A DNA stretch of 54,328 bases from Thermoplasmatota archaeon (GTDB lineage Archaea; Thermoplasmatota; Poseidoniia; Poseidoniales; Thalassarchaeaceae), in contig JAZAAK010000039.1 in the NCBI GenBank assembly GCA_036138175.1, positions 1-54,328 of the forward strand, written 5' to 3'. Of the stretch, positions 29,931 through 39,419 are shown in pieces; the first letter of the stretch is position 1; each line of letters begins with the position of its first letter. The notes under the pieces were generated by a model. It saw only the letters and a program-made list of their open reading frames with translations, had not been told where the DNA came from and ran no database searches. Made by a program: the position numbers and the translations under genes.

Positions 29931-30344
29931 TCAATCAGCAATCGCAGGTTGTCTCAATCTAGACAAAGGAACCGCGATTGGTGGAAGATGATCGGATAGA
30001 CGATGGCGACTTGTCTTTGGACTCATCAAATCACCCGAAAGTGCAGCATCGATTACATCCTGTTTGGTGATTGAATCTCGCCCACAATTAGGCCAAACGT
30101 CTAACTCAATAGAGTCATCTTCCAAATAATCAATTAAAACACACGGCACACAGAGCAAACCAATCCTTTGTGCAACGTGATATCGATGATGGCCGTCAAG
30201 GATTGTTCCTGTTGTGCGATCTAGAAGAAGTGGCTTTGTGTAAGCGTTCCAGCGATGGGTAATTCGCTCTAATTGATCCGCCTTTTTATGAATGATTTGT
30301 TCATGAGGGCGAAGAACCTCCAACGGCACCAACTCGACCTCCAT
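29931..30344 (-). CDS. Stand-alone ParB/Srx-fold protein, SerK/SbnI-like
   Basis: LRPHEQ, KPLLL, ILDGHHR, SPKTSRH. Confidence 0.85.
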   Translation of the reverse strand: MEVELVPLEVLRPHEQIIHKKADQLERITHRWNAYTKPLLLDRTTGTILDGHHRYHVAQRIGLLCVPCVLIDYLEDDSIELDVWPNCGRDSITKQDVIDAALSGDLMSPKTSRHRLSDHLPPIAVPLSRLRQPAIAD

Positions 30345-30418
30345 GGCCTTCGAAAACGGGCATTACAGATAGGCATAATGCCCGACGGGTTGATGTTTGG
30401 ACCTCAAGGAGGCAGGTC

Positions 30419-31648
30419 ATGGGCGACCTATTGAGCCAACTCGCTGCTTCGGACAGGCGAGTCTTAGAAGGGCTGTCTCAGCGAGGTCAGGCCTGGATTG
30501 TTGGTGGTTGGGTTAGAGATAGATTGCAGGGGTTAAATCCAACTGAAATGGATATTGCAACGAATTTGCACCCGGATATAGTTAGTCAATTGTTTGACAA
30601 AACAATTCCAGTTGGAGCCGCATTTGGAACCATATTGGTACTGGATGAAGAATCCGACAAATCCTGGGAAGTAACAACATTACGTTGTGACGGCACCTAC
30701 GGAGATGGCCGTAGGCCTGATGATGTAGAATTTGGCGACGATATAATCGAAGATTTATCACGGCGAGATTTCACGATTAATGCCATGGCTGTTGACCCTG
30801 TAACTGGTGAAATTATTGATGAATTTGGAGGGTTGGAAGACTTGAATGCCGGCATAATCCGTGCTGTAGGAAATTCTCATGATAGAATAAGGGAAGATGG
30901 TTTGAGAATAATGAGAGCATTTCGATTCCTAGATTCGGGTGAATTAGGAACTAGAGTTTTGGATGAGGATTTACAAGTAGCAATAACAGAAAATCTACAC
31001 ATGCTTGGAAAGGTTTCCTCAGAGCGAAAATGGGCAGAGTTATCGCGAATTCTGAAAGGTATCAATAACAAAGAAGTGACACAGTTAATGAATAGTTTTG
31101 GAGTTCTGAACCAAGTAATTCCTGAAACTAATTTTGCTAGAATTGAACGTTTTTCTAGTTCACCTTTGGTTAATCTAGCGATTTTGTGCTCCAAGGACAA
31201 CCGGTCAGGAATAGATCTTGCAAATCATCTCAAGCTAACTCTAAGATTATCCAATGAAGAGGCTTCTACAATTCGGTTTTTACACGATTTACAAATTTCA
31301 GACCTAAGCCATGAAATTAGCTCACTTAGGCGATTTAATGCGGCTCTGTCGGACTCAATGAAGAAAGAAGTGATGGAATACTTCGGAGATATAGGGACTG
31401 AGTTCATTGAAGCATCTTCTGATGTTCAGCCAAATAGCGTGGGCAATAAACCATTGATTGATGGAGAGAAATTGATGCAGGTCACAGGCTTAGAAGCAGG
31501 TATCAGACTTGGGCGTCTAAAGGGATGGCTTCACAGGAGACAGATTGAAGAAAATCTATCTGAAGTAGACGAAGTAATCTCGATGCTTGATACACTTGAT
31601 TGGGAATCTGAAGACCCTGAATCATGGCTGGCTTTGGCTTGGCCATAA
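30419..31648 (+). CDS. cca: Class II (bacterial/eukaryal-type) tRNA nucleotidyltransferase
   Basis: VGGWVRD..EMDIAT, DLSRRDFTINAMA, EDGLRIMRAFRF, SSERKWAEL. Confidence 0.88.
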   Translation: MGDLLSQLAASDRRVLEGLSQRGQAWIVGGWVRDRLQGLNPTEMDIATNLHPDIVSQLFDKTIPVGAAFGTILVLDEESDKSWEVTTLRCDGTYGDGRRPDDVEFGDDIIEDLSRRDFTINAMAVDPVTGEIIDEFGGLEDLNAGIIRAVGNSHDRIREDGLRIMRAFRFLDSGELGTRVLDEDLQVAITENLHMLGKVSSERKWAELSRILKGINNKEVTQLMNSFGVLNQVIPETNFARIERFSSSPLVNLAILCSKDNRSGIDLANHLKLTLRLSNEEASTIRFLHDLQISDLSHEISSLRRFNAALSDSMKKEVMEYFGDIGTEFIEASSDVQPNSVGNKPLIDGEKLMQVTGLEAGIRLGRLKGWLHRRQIEENLSEVDEVISMLDTLDWESEDPESWLALAWP

Positions 31649-32161
31649 TCACAGTTCGTTTAGGTATTCGATGTATTCATTTGCATCAAGAAACTGATCC
31701 TCATCAAATTCGTGAGGCTTGACAATAAGGAACCAGCCATCTCCATAAGCATCGTCGTTTGCAAGGTCTGCATTGTCTTCGACCTCTCCATTAAGTTCGA
31801 GGACCTTACAAGGGAATGGAGAATTAATCAACACTCTATCAGATACAGTGCGGAGAGTAACCAGTAATTCTCCTATACCTATTTCATCACCAGCCGAGGG
31901 TGTTTCTGGGCTGGAGTCTTCCTCACCATCGTCTTTTGGTCCCGCAGTCCCTTCATCATCAAGAACGAATTCACTTGTATCCTGTGGGTGAGGAAGGATT
32001 ACACGAACTACATCTCCGTAATCCGCGCGTAGGAATTCTGACATCCCTACCTTTACCGTACCGTCCTTTTCATCTAACAGTTGAAGCCAAAGATGTTCAA
32101 GGGTGTAGCGGCGGTCGTGAGCAACTCCAAATTCGAAGTAGTCCGAGTCTGACATATTCAT
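31649..32161 (-). CDS. Glycine cleavage H-protein homologue lacking the lipoyl lysine
   Basis: YTLEHLW, VKVGMSEF, GDVVRVILP, LANDDAYGDGWF; the ESVK motif is replaced by RTVS. Confidence 0.85.
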   Translation of the reverse strand: MNMSDSDYFEFGVAHDRRYTLEHLWLQLLDEKDGTVKVGMSEFLRADYGDVVRVILPHPQDTSEFVLDDEGTAGPKDDGEEDSSPETPSAGDEIGIGELLVTLRTVSDRVLINSPFPCKVLELNGEVEDNADLANDDAYGDGWFLIVKPHEFDEDQFLDANEYIEYLNEL

Positions 32162-32278
32162 CTCCGATGGGCTCGCCCATAGTCTCTGATTTGAATGATT
32201 CGTTCTTGAAATAAGCGTGTTAACGTCGTTTACGATGTATTAACAACATGACCTTGCTCGGTAGTATTGGTAATCGAG

Positions 32279-33454
32279 ATGGACTTCGCGGAAACGGAAG
32301 AGCAAAGCATGATTCGAGAGATGGTTAGGGACTTTGCAGAGGAGGTTCTAGCGCCTACATGCCTAGATAGAGACCGTAACCAAAAACCACCTCTGGATGA
32401 ATGGAATGCATTCTGTGAGTACGGACTACAAGGTATCACAATACCAGAAGAATTTGGCGGCAATCCAATCGATGATATTTCAGAAGCAATAATCGTAGAA
32501 GAGTTAGCAAGAGTAGACCCCTCTTTCTCAGTCATGTTCTGTGTACACGTTGGACTTTGTTCAATGACTATTGCCCTTCATGGTAACGAGGACCAGAAGC
32601 AACGTTTCCTTCCTCGATTAGCTGCCGGTGAAATTGGTGCATATTCACTTTCCGAGGCGGGTGCAGGTACTGATGCGGCAGCGTTAGGCTGCAGGGCAAA
32701 ACTCAGTGATGATGGAAGTCACTACATCCTCAATGGCGAAAAAATGTGGGTCACAAATGGAGCTTCTGCCGACATTTACGTTCTATTCGCAAAGGACGTT
32801 GAACATCCAGATTATGGAGTCAAAATGCATGGTGGTACAACAGCATTCATTGTTGATTCAAGTATGGAAGGCTTCAGTGTTGGTAAGAAAGAGGACAAGT
32901 TAGGAATTCGTTCCTCGGACACCTGCACTCTCTTACTAGAAGACTGTAAAGTGCCTGTTGAGAATGTATTGAAAGAAGCTGGAAAGGGATTCCCTATTGC
33001 AATGAACGCATTGGATAACTCAAGAATTGGGATTGCAGCACAGGCGCTAGGAATTGCTCAAGGTGCATACGAATCTGCTCTGAAATACGCACATCAACGA
33101 GAAGCCTTCGGCAAGCCAATCGCTCACCATCAGAGCATTGGAAACTACCTCGCTGATATGGCAACACAGACTGAAGCCGCCCGACACATGGTCTACAAGG
33201 CAGCATGGGCAAAACAACGACACTACGAAGAAGATGGGCCTAGACACTCAATGGAAGCAAGCATGGCCAAGTTGTTTGCTGGCGATACCGCAATGTGGGT
33301 GTCAGAGAGGGCTGTACAAGTCCTCGGTGGATATGGGTATACCACAGATTTCCCGGTTGAGAGATTCTTCCGTGATGCCAAAATCACTCAGATTTATGAG
33401 GGGACTCAAGAAGTTCAAAGAATTGTAATCAACCGCTCCATCGCTCCGGAGTGA
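32279..33454 (+). CDS. Acyl-CoA dehydrogenase
   Basis: LSEAGAGTD, NGEKMWVTNG, KLGIRSSDT, IYEGTQEVQR. Confidence 0.95.
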   Translation: MDFAETEEQSMIREMVRDFAEEVLAPTCLDRDRNQKPPLDEWNAFCEYGLQGITIPEEFGGNPIDDISEAIIVEELARVDPSFSVMFCVHVGLCSMTIALHGNEDQKQRFLPRLAAGEIGAYSLSEAGAGTDAAALGCRAKLSDDGSHYILNGEKMWVTNGASADIYVLFAKDVEHPDYGVKMHGGTTAFIVDSSMEGFSVGKKEDKLGIRSSDTCTLLLEDCKVPVENVLKEAGKGFPIAMNALDNSRIGIAAQALGIAQGAYESALKYAHQREAFGKPIAHHQSIGNYLADMATQTEAARHMVYKAAWAKQRHYEEDGPRHSMEASMAKLFAGDTAMWVSERAVQVLGGYGYTTDFPVERFFRDAKITQIYEGTQEVQRIVINRSIAPE

Positions 33455-33458
33455 TGGT

Positions 33459-34706
33459 ATGTCAGATTACCCGATAGAGCAAATTCGCTCTCGATTTCCG
33501 GGCTTGACTCGCCGAGTTAATGGGCATCAAGCGATTTTCTTTGATGGCCCAGGAGGTAGCCAATCTCCCGAATCCGTTGGAGAAGCCGTGAAACATTATC
33601 TTCTGCATCAAAATTCGAATGTTGGAATGTCATTTGCCACCTCGATAGAAACTGATGAATTAATTGAACAGACAATGATTGCATGCGCTGATTTTCTCGG
33701 TTGTACCGACCATAGAGAGATTGTTTTTGGCCAAAATATGACTAGTTTGACGATTCAATTAGCAAGTGCACTGAGTCGAACTTGGAGGCCTGAGGATGAA
33801 GTTGTGGTCACTCGCTCTGACCATGATGCAAATGTCCGACCTTGGGTGTTAGCCGCTCAATGGTCGGGTGCTAAGTTAAGATGGATTGATATTGATCCCG
33901 CTGATTGTACTCACAATATCGATGGTATTGAAGAAAATATTAACGAAAATACCGTAATGGTTGCAATCGGTGCGGCCTCAAACTTCTCAGGTACGATAAA
34001 TGACGTCAAAGGAATATGCTCGAAAGCTCATTCTTTTGGGGCAGAGGTATTCGTAGATGCAGTGCATTATGCACCTCATGCATTAATCGATGTACAGGAA
34101 TTGGGTTGTGATTATCTCGCTTGTTCATCATACAAATTCTTCGGAACCCACCAAGGTATCCTTTGGGGTAAATACAACCGACTCGCTGAACTTCCTGTAG
34201 CAAAGTTACGCGTATCTTCCGAGGAGGTCCCATTTCGTTGGATGACCGGAACCCAAAGTCACGAATCTATGGCTGGCACTCTTGCCGCAATAGAGCATTT
34301 AGCATGGCTAGGCAGAAATATTTCTAATTATGATTTGAGTAGAAGAGAGGCTCTTAGTGTAGCGTTTTCAGCAATTGAAGAACACGAAAGTGAATTGTGT
34401 TGGAGCATGATTCAAGGCCTACAGGAAATAGATGGAGTGAAGATATGGGGGGTGACTGATCCATCTATGAAAAAACACAGAGCACCTACTGTCTCATTCA
34501 CCCATCCATCGATGACGGCTGAGCAAATTGGTGAGGCATTGGCCGAGAAGGGAATTTTCGCTTGGGCAGGTAATTTCTATGCCCTTGAATTATCTGAAGC
34601 ATTAGGATTGGAGCCTGAAGGTGCTCTTCGTGTTGGCCTATTGCATTACAACACGAAAGAGGAAGTTGACAGATTCATAAAAGTGCTAAATGGCATACTA
34701 GGGTGA
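33459..34706 (+). CDS. Cysteine desulfurase-like class V PLP enzyme lacking the catalytic Cys
   Basis: FFDGPGGSQ, DHDAN, DAVHYAPH, SSYKFFG; WAGNFYA occupies the place of RxGxHC. Confidence 0.88.
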   Translation: MSDYPIEQIRSRFPGLTRRVNGHQAIFFDGPGGSQSPESVGEAVKHYLLHQNSNVGMSFATSIETDELIEQTMIACADFLGCTDHREIVFGQNMTSLTIQLASALSRTWRPEDEVVVTRSDHDANVRPWVLAAQWSGAKLRWIDIDPADCTHNIDGIEENINENTVMVAIGAASNFSGTINDVKGICSKAHSFGAEVFVDAVHYAPHALIDVQELGCDYLACSSYKFFGTHQGILWGKYNRLAELPVAKLRVSSEEVPFRWMTGTQSHESMAGTLAAIEHLAWLGRNISNYDLSRREALSVAFSAIEEHESELCWSMIQGLQEIDGVKIWGVTDPSMKKHRAPTVSFTHPSMTAEQIGEALAEKGIFAWAGNFYALELSEALGLEPEGALRVGLLHYNTKEEVDRFIKVLNGILG

Positions 34707-34708
34707 AT

Positions 34709-36259
34709 CTATTCCACCCAACTATATTCACGTTGACCTTCAAGATTGCCTTCTCTACCAATTCCAACTAATGCGAACTCCTTTGTTGGAGTGACTACAG
34801 AATCTTTCTGAGAGCCACGATGTAGCCTTTCGTAAACATCCTTGTCTAGAGGTGTTCTTGAGGACAATCTTTCAAACAATGAAAAACGACTTGCAATTTC
34901 CTTCCATTGGGGTTGTACTATTCCCTCGAATACCTTAGCTTTGGCTCCTGAACCATATCCACAAAGTCCTACTCTCTTGCCTTCCATTTCTGTTCCATCC
35001 AAATAATCAGATTCTACGGTTGACATCAAAGCCAAAAATATGGAACCAGTATACTGATTTCCAATTAGACTCGAAGCCCTTTGGGTCTTCTCGATTCTCC
35101 TATCAACGAATTCCTTGAATTCGTCGGTCTTGGAGATTAAACGCCGATAAGCATCGTTGGCTTTCTCAAATTCCTCGAGACCCTCTGCCGAATCCTCGAA
35201 GTCTTCGGGGAAAGGTTCTGGGCCTATCTCAGAGACTATCTCTTCCCACATTGGAAGATGACGCCTGTCGTGTCGGAATACGTCTGGGAACATGCGCTTG
35301 CCTTGGAATGCATATGGCAAATGAACGATAATCCGATTCCATTGTTCTGTCAGGATTTCGTCATTTTCTGGATCATACCTTCCAGAATTGATTGCCTTTT
35401 GTCTGAAATCGACGAAAGCAGTCTTGACTGATTCTGAATAACATCGATTGGAGAATGCGCCGTCAAATACGGGTGTGTCTTTGTGAATCTTCAGAGTATG
35501 AGATTCAAACATAATATCGTCTTTCTTGGATGACTTAGGAAGGATTGCTAATATCTTCTCAACCAATCCTTCTTTCTTCGGCTCTCCTGCTTCTTCAGCA
35601 AGGTCTAGGACATTCTCAACTACGGTCTTCATCGCAACCTCTCTTCGAGGTTTGAAGAAGTCGTGGACCGGCATTGTAGATACTCCCCAATTATCGGGGA
35701 TTTCGATAAGTCGTGGATTGTGGCGAATTAGAATTGCACCTCCACCGGCTCCTTGAGTATATTCACCAGATGAGCCAAGATCGTACTTTGCATTGTCAGC
35801 AAAAACCACGATTCCAATTCTATCCTGCTCTTCACCGCCTCTGGCGACCCAATCGAGAGTGTTGTGCATTGCATCGACAGCGCCAATACAAGCGAAAGTT
35901 AGGTCGACAACATCGCAATTTCGGAAGCATTCCTTGCCATAGGTCTCATCGTAGCGTTGTTCAAGCATATCCATGATGTAAGTTGCAGTTGGCTTAGCAC
36001 CGTCAAGAGCGGATTCGGTACCGAGGTAAATTCGCCCTATTTTCCGAGGGTCTAGTTGATTTCTGTCGATTAGTCTAGCACAGGCATTTGCACCCATGGT
36101 AGCAGTATCTTCGTGGGCGTCAGGAATCGCCATAGCGGTGAGTCCCAAACCTTTGTTGAGTTTACCAAAATCAGCACCGCGGAATTCTGCAAAGTCCTTC
36201 ATGTCGAAGTATAACTTTGGAAAGTAAATCGCGATGTCATCGATTCCAACACCTGCCAT
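34709..36259 (-). CDS. mvaS: Hydroxymethylglutaryl-CoA synthase (bacterial-type, long)
   Basis: GTESALD (catalytic Glu), FACIG (Cys), GEYTQGAG, HLPYA, GNQYTGS, YGSG. Confidence 0.92.
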   Translation of the reverse strand: MAGVGIDDIAIYFPKLYFDMKDFAEFRGADFGKLNKGLGLTAMAIPDAHEDTATMGANACARLIDRNQLDPRKIGRIYLGTESALDGAKPTATYIMDMLEQRYDETYGKECFRNCDVVDLTFACIGAVDAMHNTLDWVARGGEEQDRIGIVVFADNAKYDLGSSGEYTQGAGGGAILIRHNPRLIEIPDNWGVSTMPVHDFFKPRREVAMKTVVENVLDLAEEAGEPKKEGLVEKILAILPKSSKKDDIMFESHTLKIHKDTPVFDGAFSNRCYSESVKTAFVDFRQKAINSGRYDPENDEILTEQWNRIIVHLPYAFQGKRMFPDVFRHDRRHLPMWEEIVSEIGPEPFPEDFEDSAEGLEEFEKANDAYRRLISKTDEFKEFVDRRIEKTQRASSLIGNQYTGSIFLALMSTVESDYLDGTEMEGKRVGLCGYGSGAKAKVFEGIVQPQWKEIASRFSLFERLSSRTPLDKDVYERLHRGSQKDSVVTPTKEFALVGIGREGNLEGQREYSWVE

Positions 36260-36348
36260 AGTCCGGTCTCCTTCGCTCGCCCGCCGTCAGGGGGGGGTTA
36301 TGATACCTGTGGCGTCAAATCAGCTTTGGACGCCTAACTCTAATCGCA

Positions 36349-37479
36349 TTACTGCGAGCCGGTCATCTTATTCACAGCGTCAAGGAGTCCGCTATTTCCG
36401 TCAAAATGTTCTACAATAGGCGAAAGAACCTCACTGAGACCCCTTGCAACTGCCATTTTTGCGTCGAATGGATGGATTTCTCCATTACTTACTGCAGAAA
36501 CAAATGATTCGAGGTCGTTCCAAGTGCTTGGTTCTCCAAATTCGGGTTTAGGCTCAACGAGCAATTGACCATTGTTAGGCAGTACGATATGTTGGGCGAT
36601 TTCGAAAACCGGAGATGCTGGATTGCCTACCTCAAGGAATGCTTTTCGGAACTTCTTCTCTATCTGTTTAGGTGTGTCGTGAACGAAGATTGCGTTACCT
36701 GGATCAGACTTCGACATCTTGTGGTCAAATGAGTCCATTCTACCCCCACCTTGTCCTTTCAGGCCAGATAACATTGGAGTATGAATACAAGTCGCTTTCG
36801 ACCATCCATTTCTATCCGCAACTTCACGCATATACATGTGCGCCTTTCTTTGGTCCATACCACCAAATGCAATGTCGATATTCAATACGAAAATATCAGC
36901 TGCTTGCATTGGAGGATAGAAAAAGGCGGCCAAATCATCATCTGAAGAATCTTCACTTCTACCCATTATGCTGAATGTTCGACGTGCTCGATTTAGACTC
37001 ATTCCTTTGGAACATCGTAGAACCCTCTCCCAATAAGCGCCGGAATCCATGACCTCGCTGGCACTTACAAATCTCAACTGTCCTGGACCATCTCCTTCTT
37101 CAGGGAAACCAACCAATACTCGGAAAACTTCAGCCATATACTCTCCTGCGAGAGAGATTTTCTCCATATCTCGACCAAACTTATCGTTAACCCAAGCATG
37201 CCAATCTGCAAGTAAAATCAATACATTGACTCCTTCAGAAAGCATATTTCGAATGGTTTCTGCCAAAATTACCCATCCTAGGTGGGCTTTGCCACTAGGT
37301 TCCAAACCGATGTATGCTCTAACAGTTGAATCTCCACCGTGACTGTTAGAGCCAGATAACACCCCTGCGAGGTGGTCTAAACCGACTACTTCCTCAACAT
37401 TAGCGAGCATTCTGTCAATAGACGCGCGAACCTCGGGGTCGAGGTCATTTGGCGTCTCTGGGGTTGTCATATGTACCAC
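36349..37479 (-). CDS. tyrS: Tyrosyl-tRNA synthetase (archaeal type)
   Basis: YIGLEPSGKAHLG, YPPMQAAD, GGMDQRK, KMSKS. Confidence 0.96.
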   Translation of the reverse strand: MVHMTTPETPNDLDPEVRASIDRMLANVEEVVGLDHLAGVLSGSNSHGGDSTVRAYIGLEPSGKAHLGWVILAETIRNMLSEGVNVLILLADWHAWVNDKFGRDMEKISLAGEYMAEVFRVLVGFPEEGDGPGQLRFVSASEVMDSGAYWERVLRCSKGMSLNRARRTFSIMGRSEDSSDDDLAAFFYPPMQAADIFVLNIDIAFGGMDQRKAHMYMREVADRNGWSKATCIHTPMLSGLKGQGGGRMDSFDHKMSKSDPGNAIFVHDTPKQIEKKFRKAFLEVGNPASPVFEIAQHIVLPNNGQLLVEPKPEFGEPSTWNDLESFVSAVSNGEIHPFDAKMAVARGLSEVLSPIVEHFDGNSGLLDAVNKMTGSQ

Positions 37480-37998
37480 TCAGGCGTCTAATAGTTTGTT
37501 GAGTTTCTCGGCTCTTCCTGCTGCTCGAGTGTTATCATTGTCCTCTAGAGCAGCTTCGATTTCTACAATCAAGTCCTCGGCTTGGGCCTTGACATCATCG
37601 GATAGATTCTGTGACATACCCATGAAATGGCGAGCAGCGGAAACTGCTGATTTGGCTTTTGATGCCTTCTTTGCCCATTCCTTTGCTTTGTCGCCTCGTT
37701 GCTTGGAATTGTAACCTGTAGACTCGTCTAGGAATGTGGTCCAGCGCTTACGTGTATCTTGAGCACGGGCCATTGCATCAGGATCATCGAAATTTGGTGG
37801 AACGTTTGTAACATCTACAATCAAGGCTCCTTTATCCGAATAGTGACCGACAATTGAAGTCATGATATCATGAGAGGCAGAAAATGAATTTTCTCCATCT
37901 GCCTCAACTATCTCAAAATGTTTGCTTGCTAATGCCGCAAGACCCCCATCTGCTGTCACCTGTTTGACTAGTCCGCGCTTGACCTCGAATCTCTCCAT
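37480..37998 (-). CDS. DUF5611-like archaeal protein with helical C-terminal extension
   Basis: MERFEVKRG start and FLDESTGYNSKQR motif; start supported by TTGAAG at -30. Confidence 0.7.
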   Translation of the reverse strand: MERFEVKRGLVKQVTADGGLAALASKHFEIVEADGENSFSASHDIMTSIVGHYSDKGALIVDVTNVPPNFDDPDAMARAQDTRKRWTTFLDESTGYNSKQRGDKAKEWAKKASKAKSAVSAARHFMGMSQNLSDDVKAQAEDLIVEIEAALEDNDNTRAAGRAEKLNKLLDA

Positions 37999-38099
37999 GA
38001 AGGCTTGCGATACAGACCCATTCTTCAATCCTGCCACAGACAACCCTACTCTCGCAAGCCATCCCACACGCCTAAACCACCTTGCACTCTGCGACTAGC

Positions 38100-39317
38100 A
38101 TGGGAGTGACTGCACGAGGTTTGTTGGCATCCATCATGGTAGTCATGTTGGCCTCGCATAATGTCCTGGCAACCTCGGCAGTCGGACTCGCAGAGAGTTT
38201 GTTCCTTTCCGAAGAAGACCTTGGACTGAATGGTGTTGCTATCGATTCATACGCAACAACCGCAGTGGTCTACGGGCAGGAGGGGTACGTTAGGGTCTTA
38301 GATGCAAAGGACCCTAAGCAACAAGTGGAAATGGTATGGAATGGCGTTAGCGAATTGCATGATGCGGATTTCCACCCGGGAGGGCAAACCGCACTTATTG
38401 TGGGTGACCATGGAGTTGTTCTACGATATGCTAAGCAAGACCAATCACTAGAACGGGCAGCATCTGATGTGTCCCTTGATTATGCAAAGATTACCTCAGT
38501 TGCATGGAATACCGCAGGATCATGGGCTTATGTCGGTACTGAGGAAGGCCAGATTTGGAGAATGAGAGCCGCCGAAGACGGAGGGGCGGAATTGCATGCA
38601 CTATCCGCTTCAGGGACTAGTGAGATTACAGCAATTGATTGCCACGACACTATCATGATGTGTGTCGTTAGTGCTACAGTCGAAGGTATTGGAGTAATCG
38701 AAAGAGATCACACCTTTACCTGGGTTGGAGGAACTGGATATCCCTGGACTGGTGTCGAGTGCCCTGGTGGTGAAACCCCCTACTGTGTCGCAATTGCTGA
38801 GAACCAAATTATTGCACATATCGAGCTGAATCCAGAAGATATATCTGCTTCGATACCGAGCATAAGCCGACTACAGAATTTGGATTTATACTTCGTAGGT
38901 ATAGAGGCACAGGAAGGCGATCGTGCACTAATCGCGACTACCCCTACAAGTCTTGTTGAGCATGATATTAGCCTCAATGGCTCATACCCATGGCTTGAGC
39001 ATTCAGATATTGAAAATCTCAATCTTTCTAGTGATAGAATTGTAGGCACTTGGGCCACTGGAACCGATTCGGGTTGGATAGTAACAAGTCGTGGATATTT
39101 GTTCCAATATGTCCCAACCGACTCGGATTCAGCAGGACTACTTAGTATGTGGATTGTAATCGCCATTCCTGCCGCTACAGGACTAGTTGTTCTGTGTCTA
39201 GTATATTTGGCATCTCCTACAAAAGTGAAAGACCGGATAATTGAACGGATGGGAAATGAAGATGAAAGAAATGATCTTGCTCTACGGAGGGCAAAACAGC
39301 GAAGAAAGCGGCGCTGA
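38100..39317 (+). CDS. Exported beta-propeller (WD40/YVTN-like) protein with C-terminal TM anchor
   Basis: Signal peptide; blades such as DFHPGG..ALIVG and AWNTAGSWAYVG; C-terminal TM plus basic tail. Confidence 0.75.
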   Translation: MGVTARGLLASIMVVMLASHNVLATSAVGLAESLFLSEEDLGLNGVAIDSYATTAVVYGQEGYVRVLDAKDPKQQVEMVWNGVSELHDADFHPGGQTALIVGDHGVVLRYAKQDQSLERAASDVSLDYAKITSVAWNTAGSWAYVGTEEGQIWRMRAAEDGGAELHALSASGTSEITAIDCHDTIMMCVVSATVEGIGVIERDHTFTWVGGTGYPWTGVECPGGETPYCVAIAENQIIAHIELNPEDISASIPSISRLQNLDLYFVGIEAQEGDRALIATTPTSLVEHDISLNGSYPWLEHSDIENLNLSSDRIVGTWATGTDSGWIVTSRGYLFQYVPTDSDSAGLLSMWIVIAIPAATGLVVLCLVYLASPTKVKDRIIERMGNEDERNDLALRRAKQRRKRR

Positions 39318-39419
39318 AATTATCACTCAGATTTTCGTTTAGTGTTACGCGCCTACGGCGCGAATCCCGAAGACAGGCAACCTTCATGAGGGGTTGACTT
39401 CGCGACCCGCCTGAAAATC

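Noticed and set aside
29931-30344. ParB as evidence of a plasmid or partition system
   Set aside because: No ParA, no HTH domain and no parS-like repeats; the motifs fit the SerK/SbnI branch.
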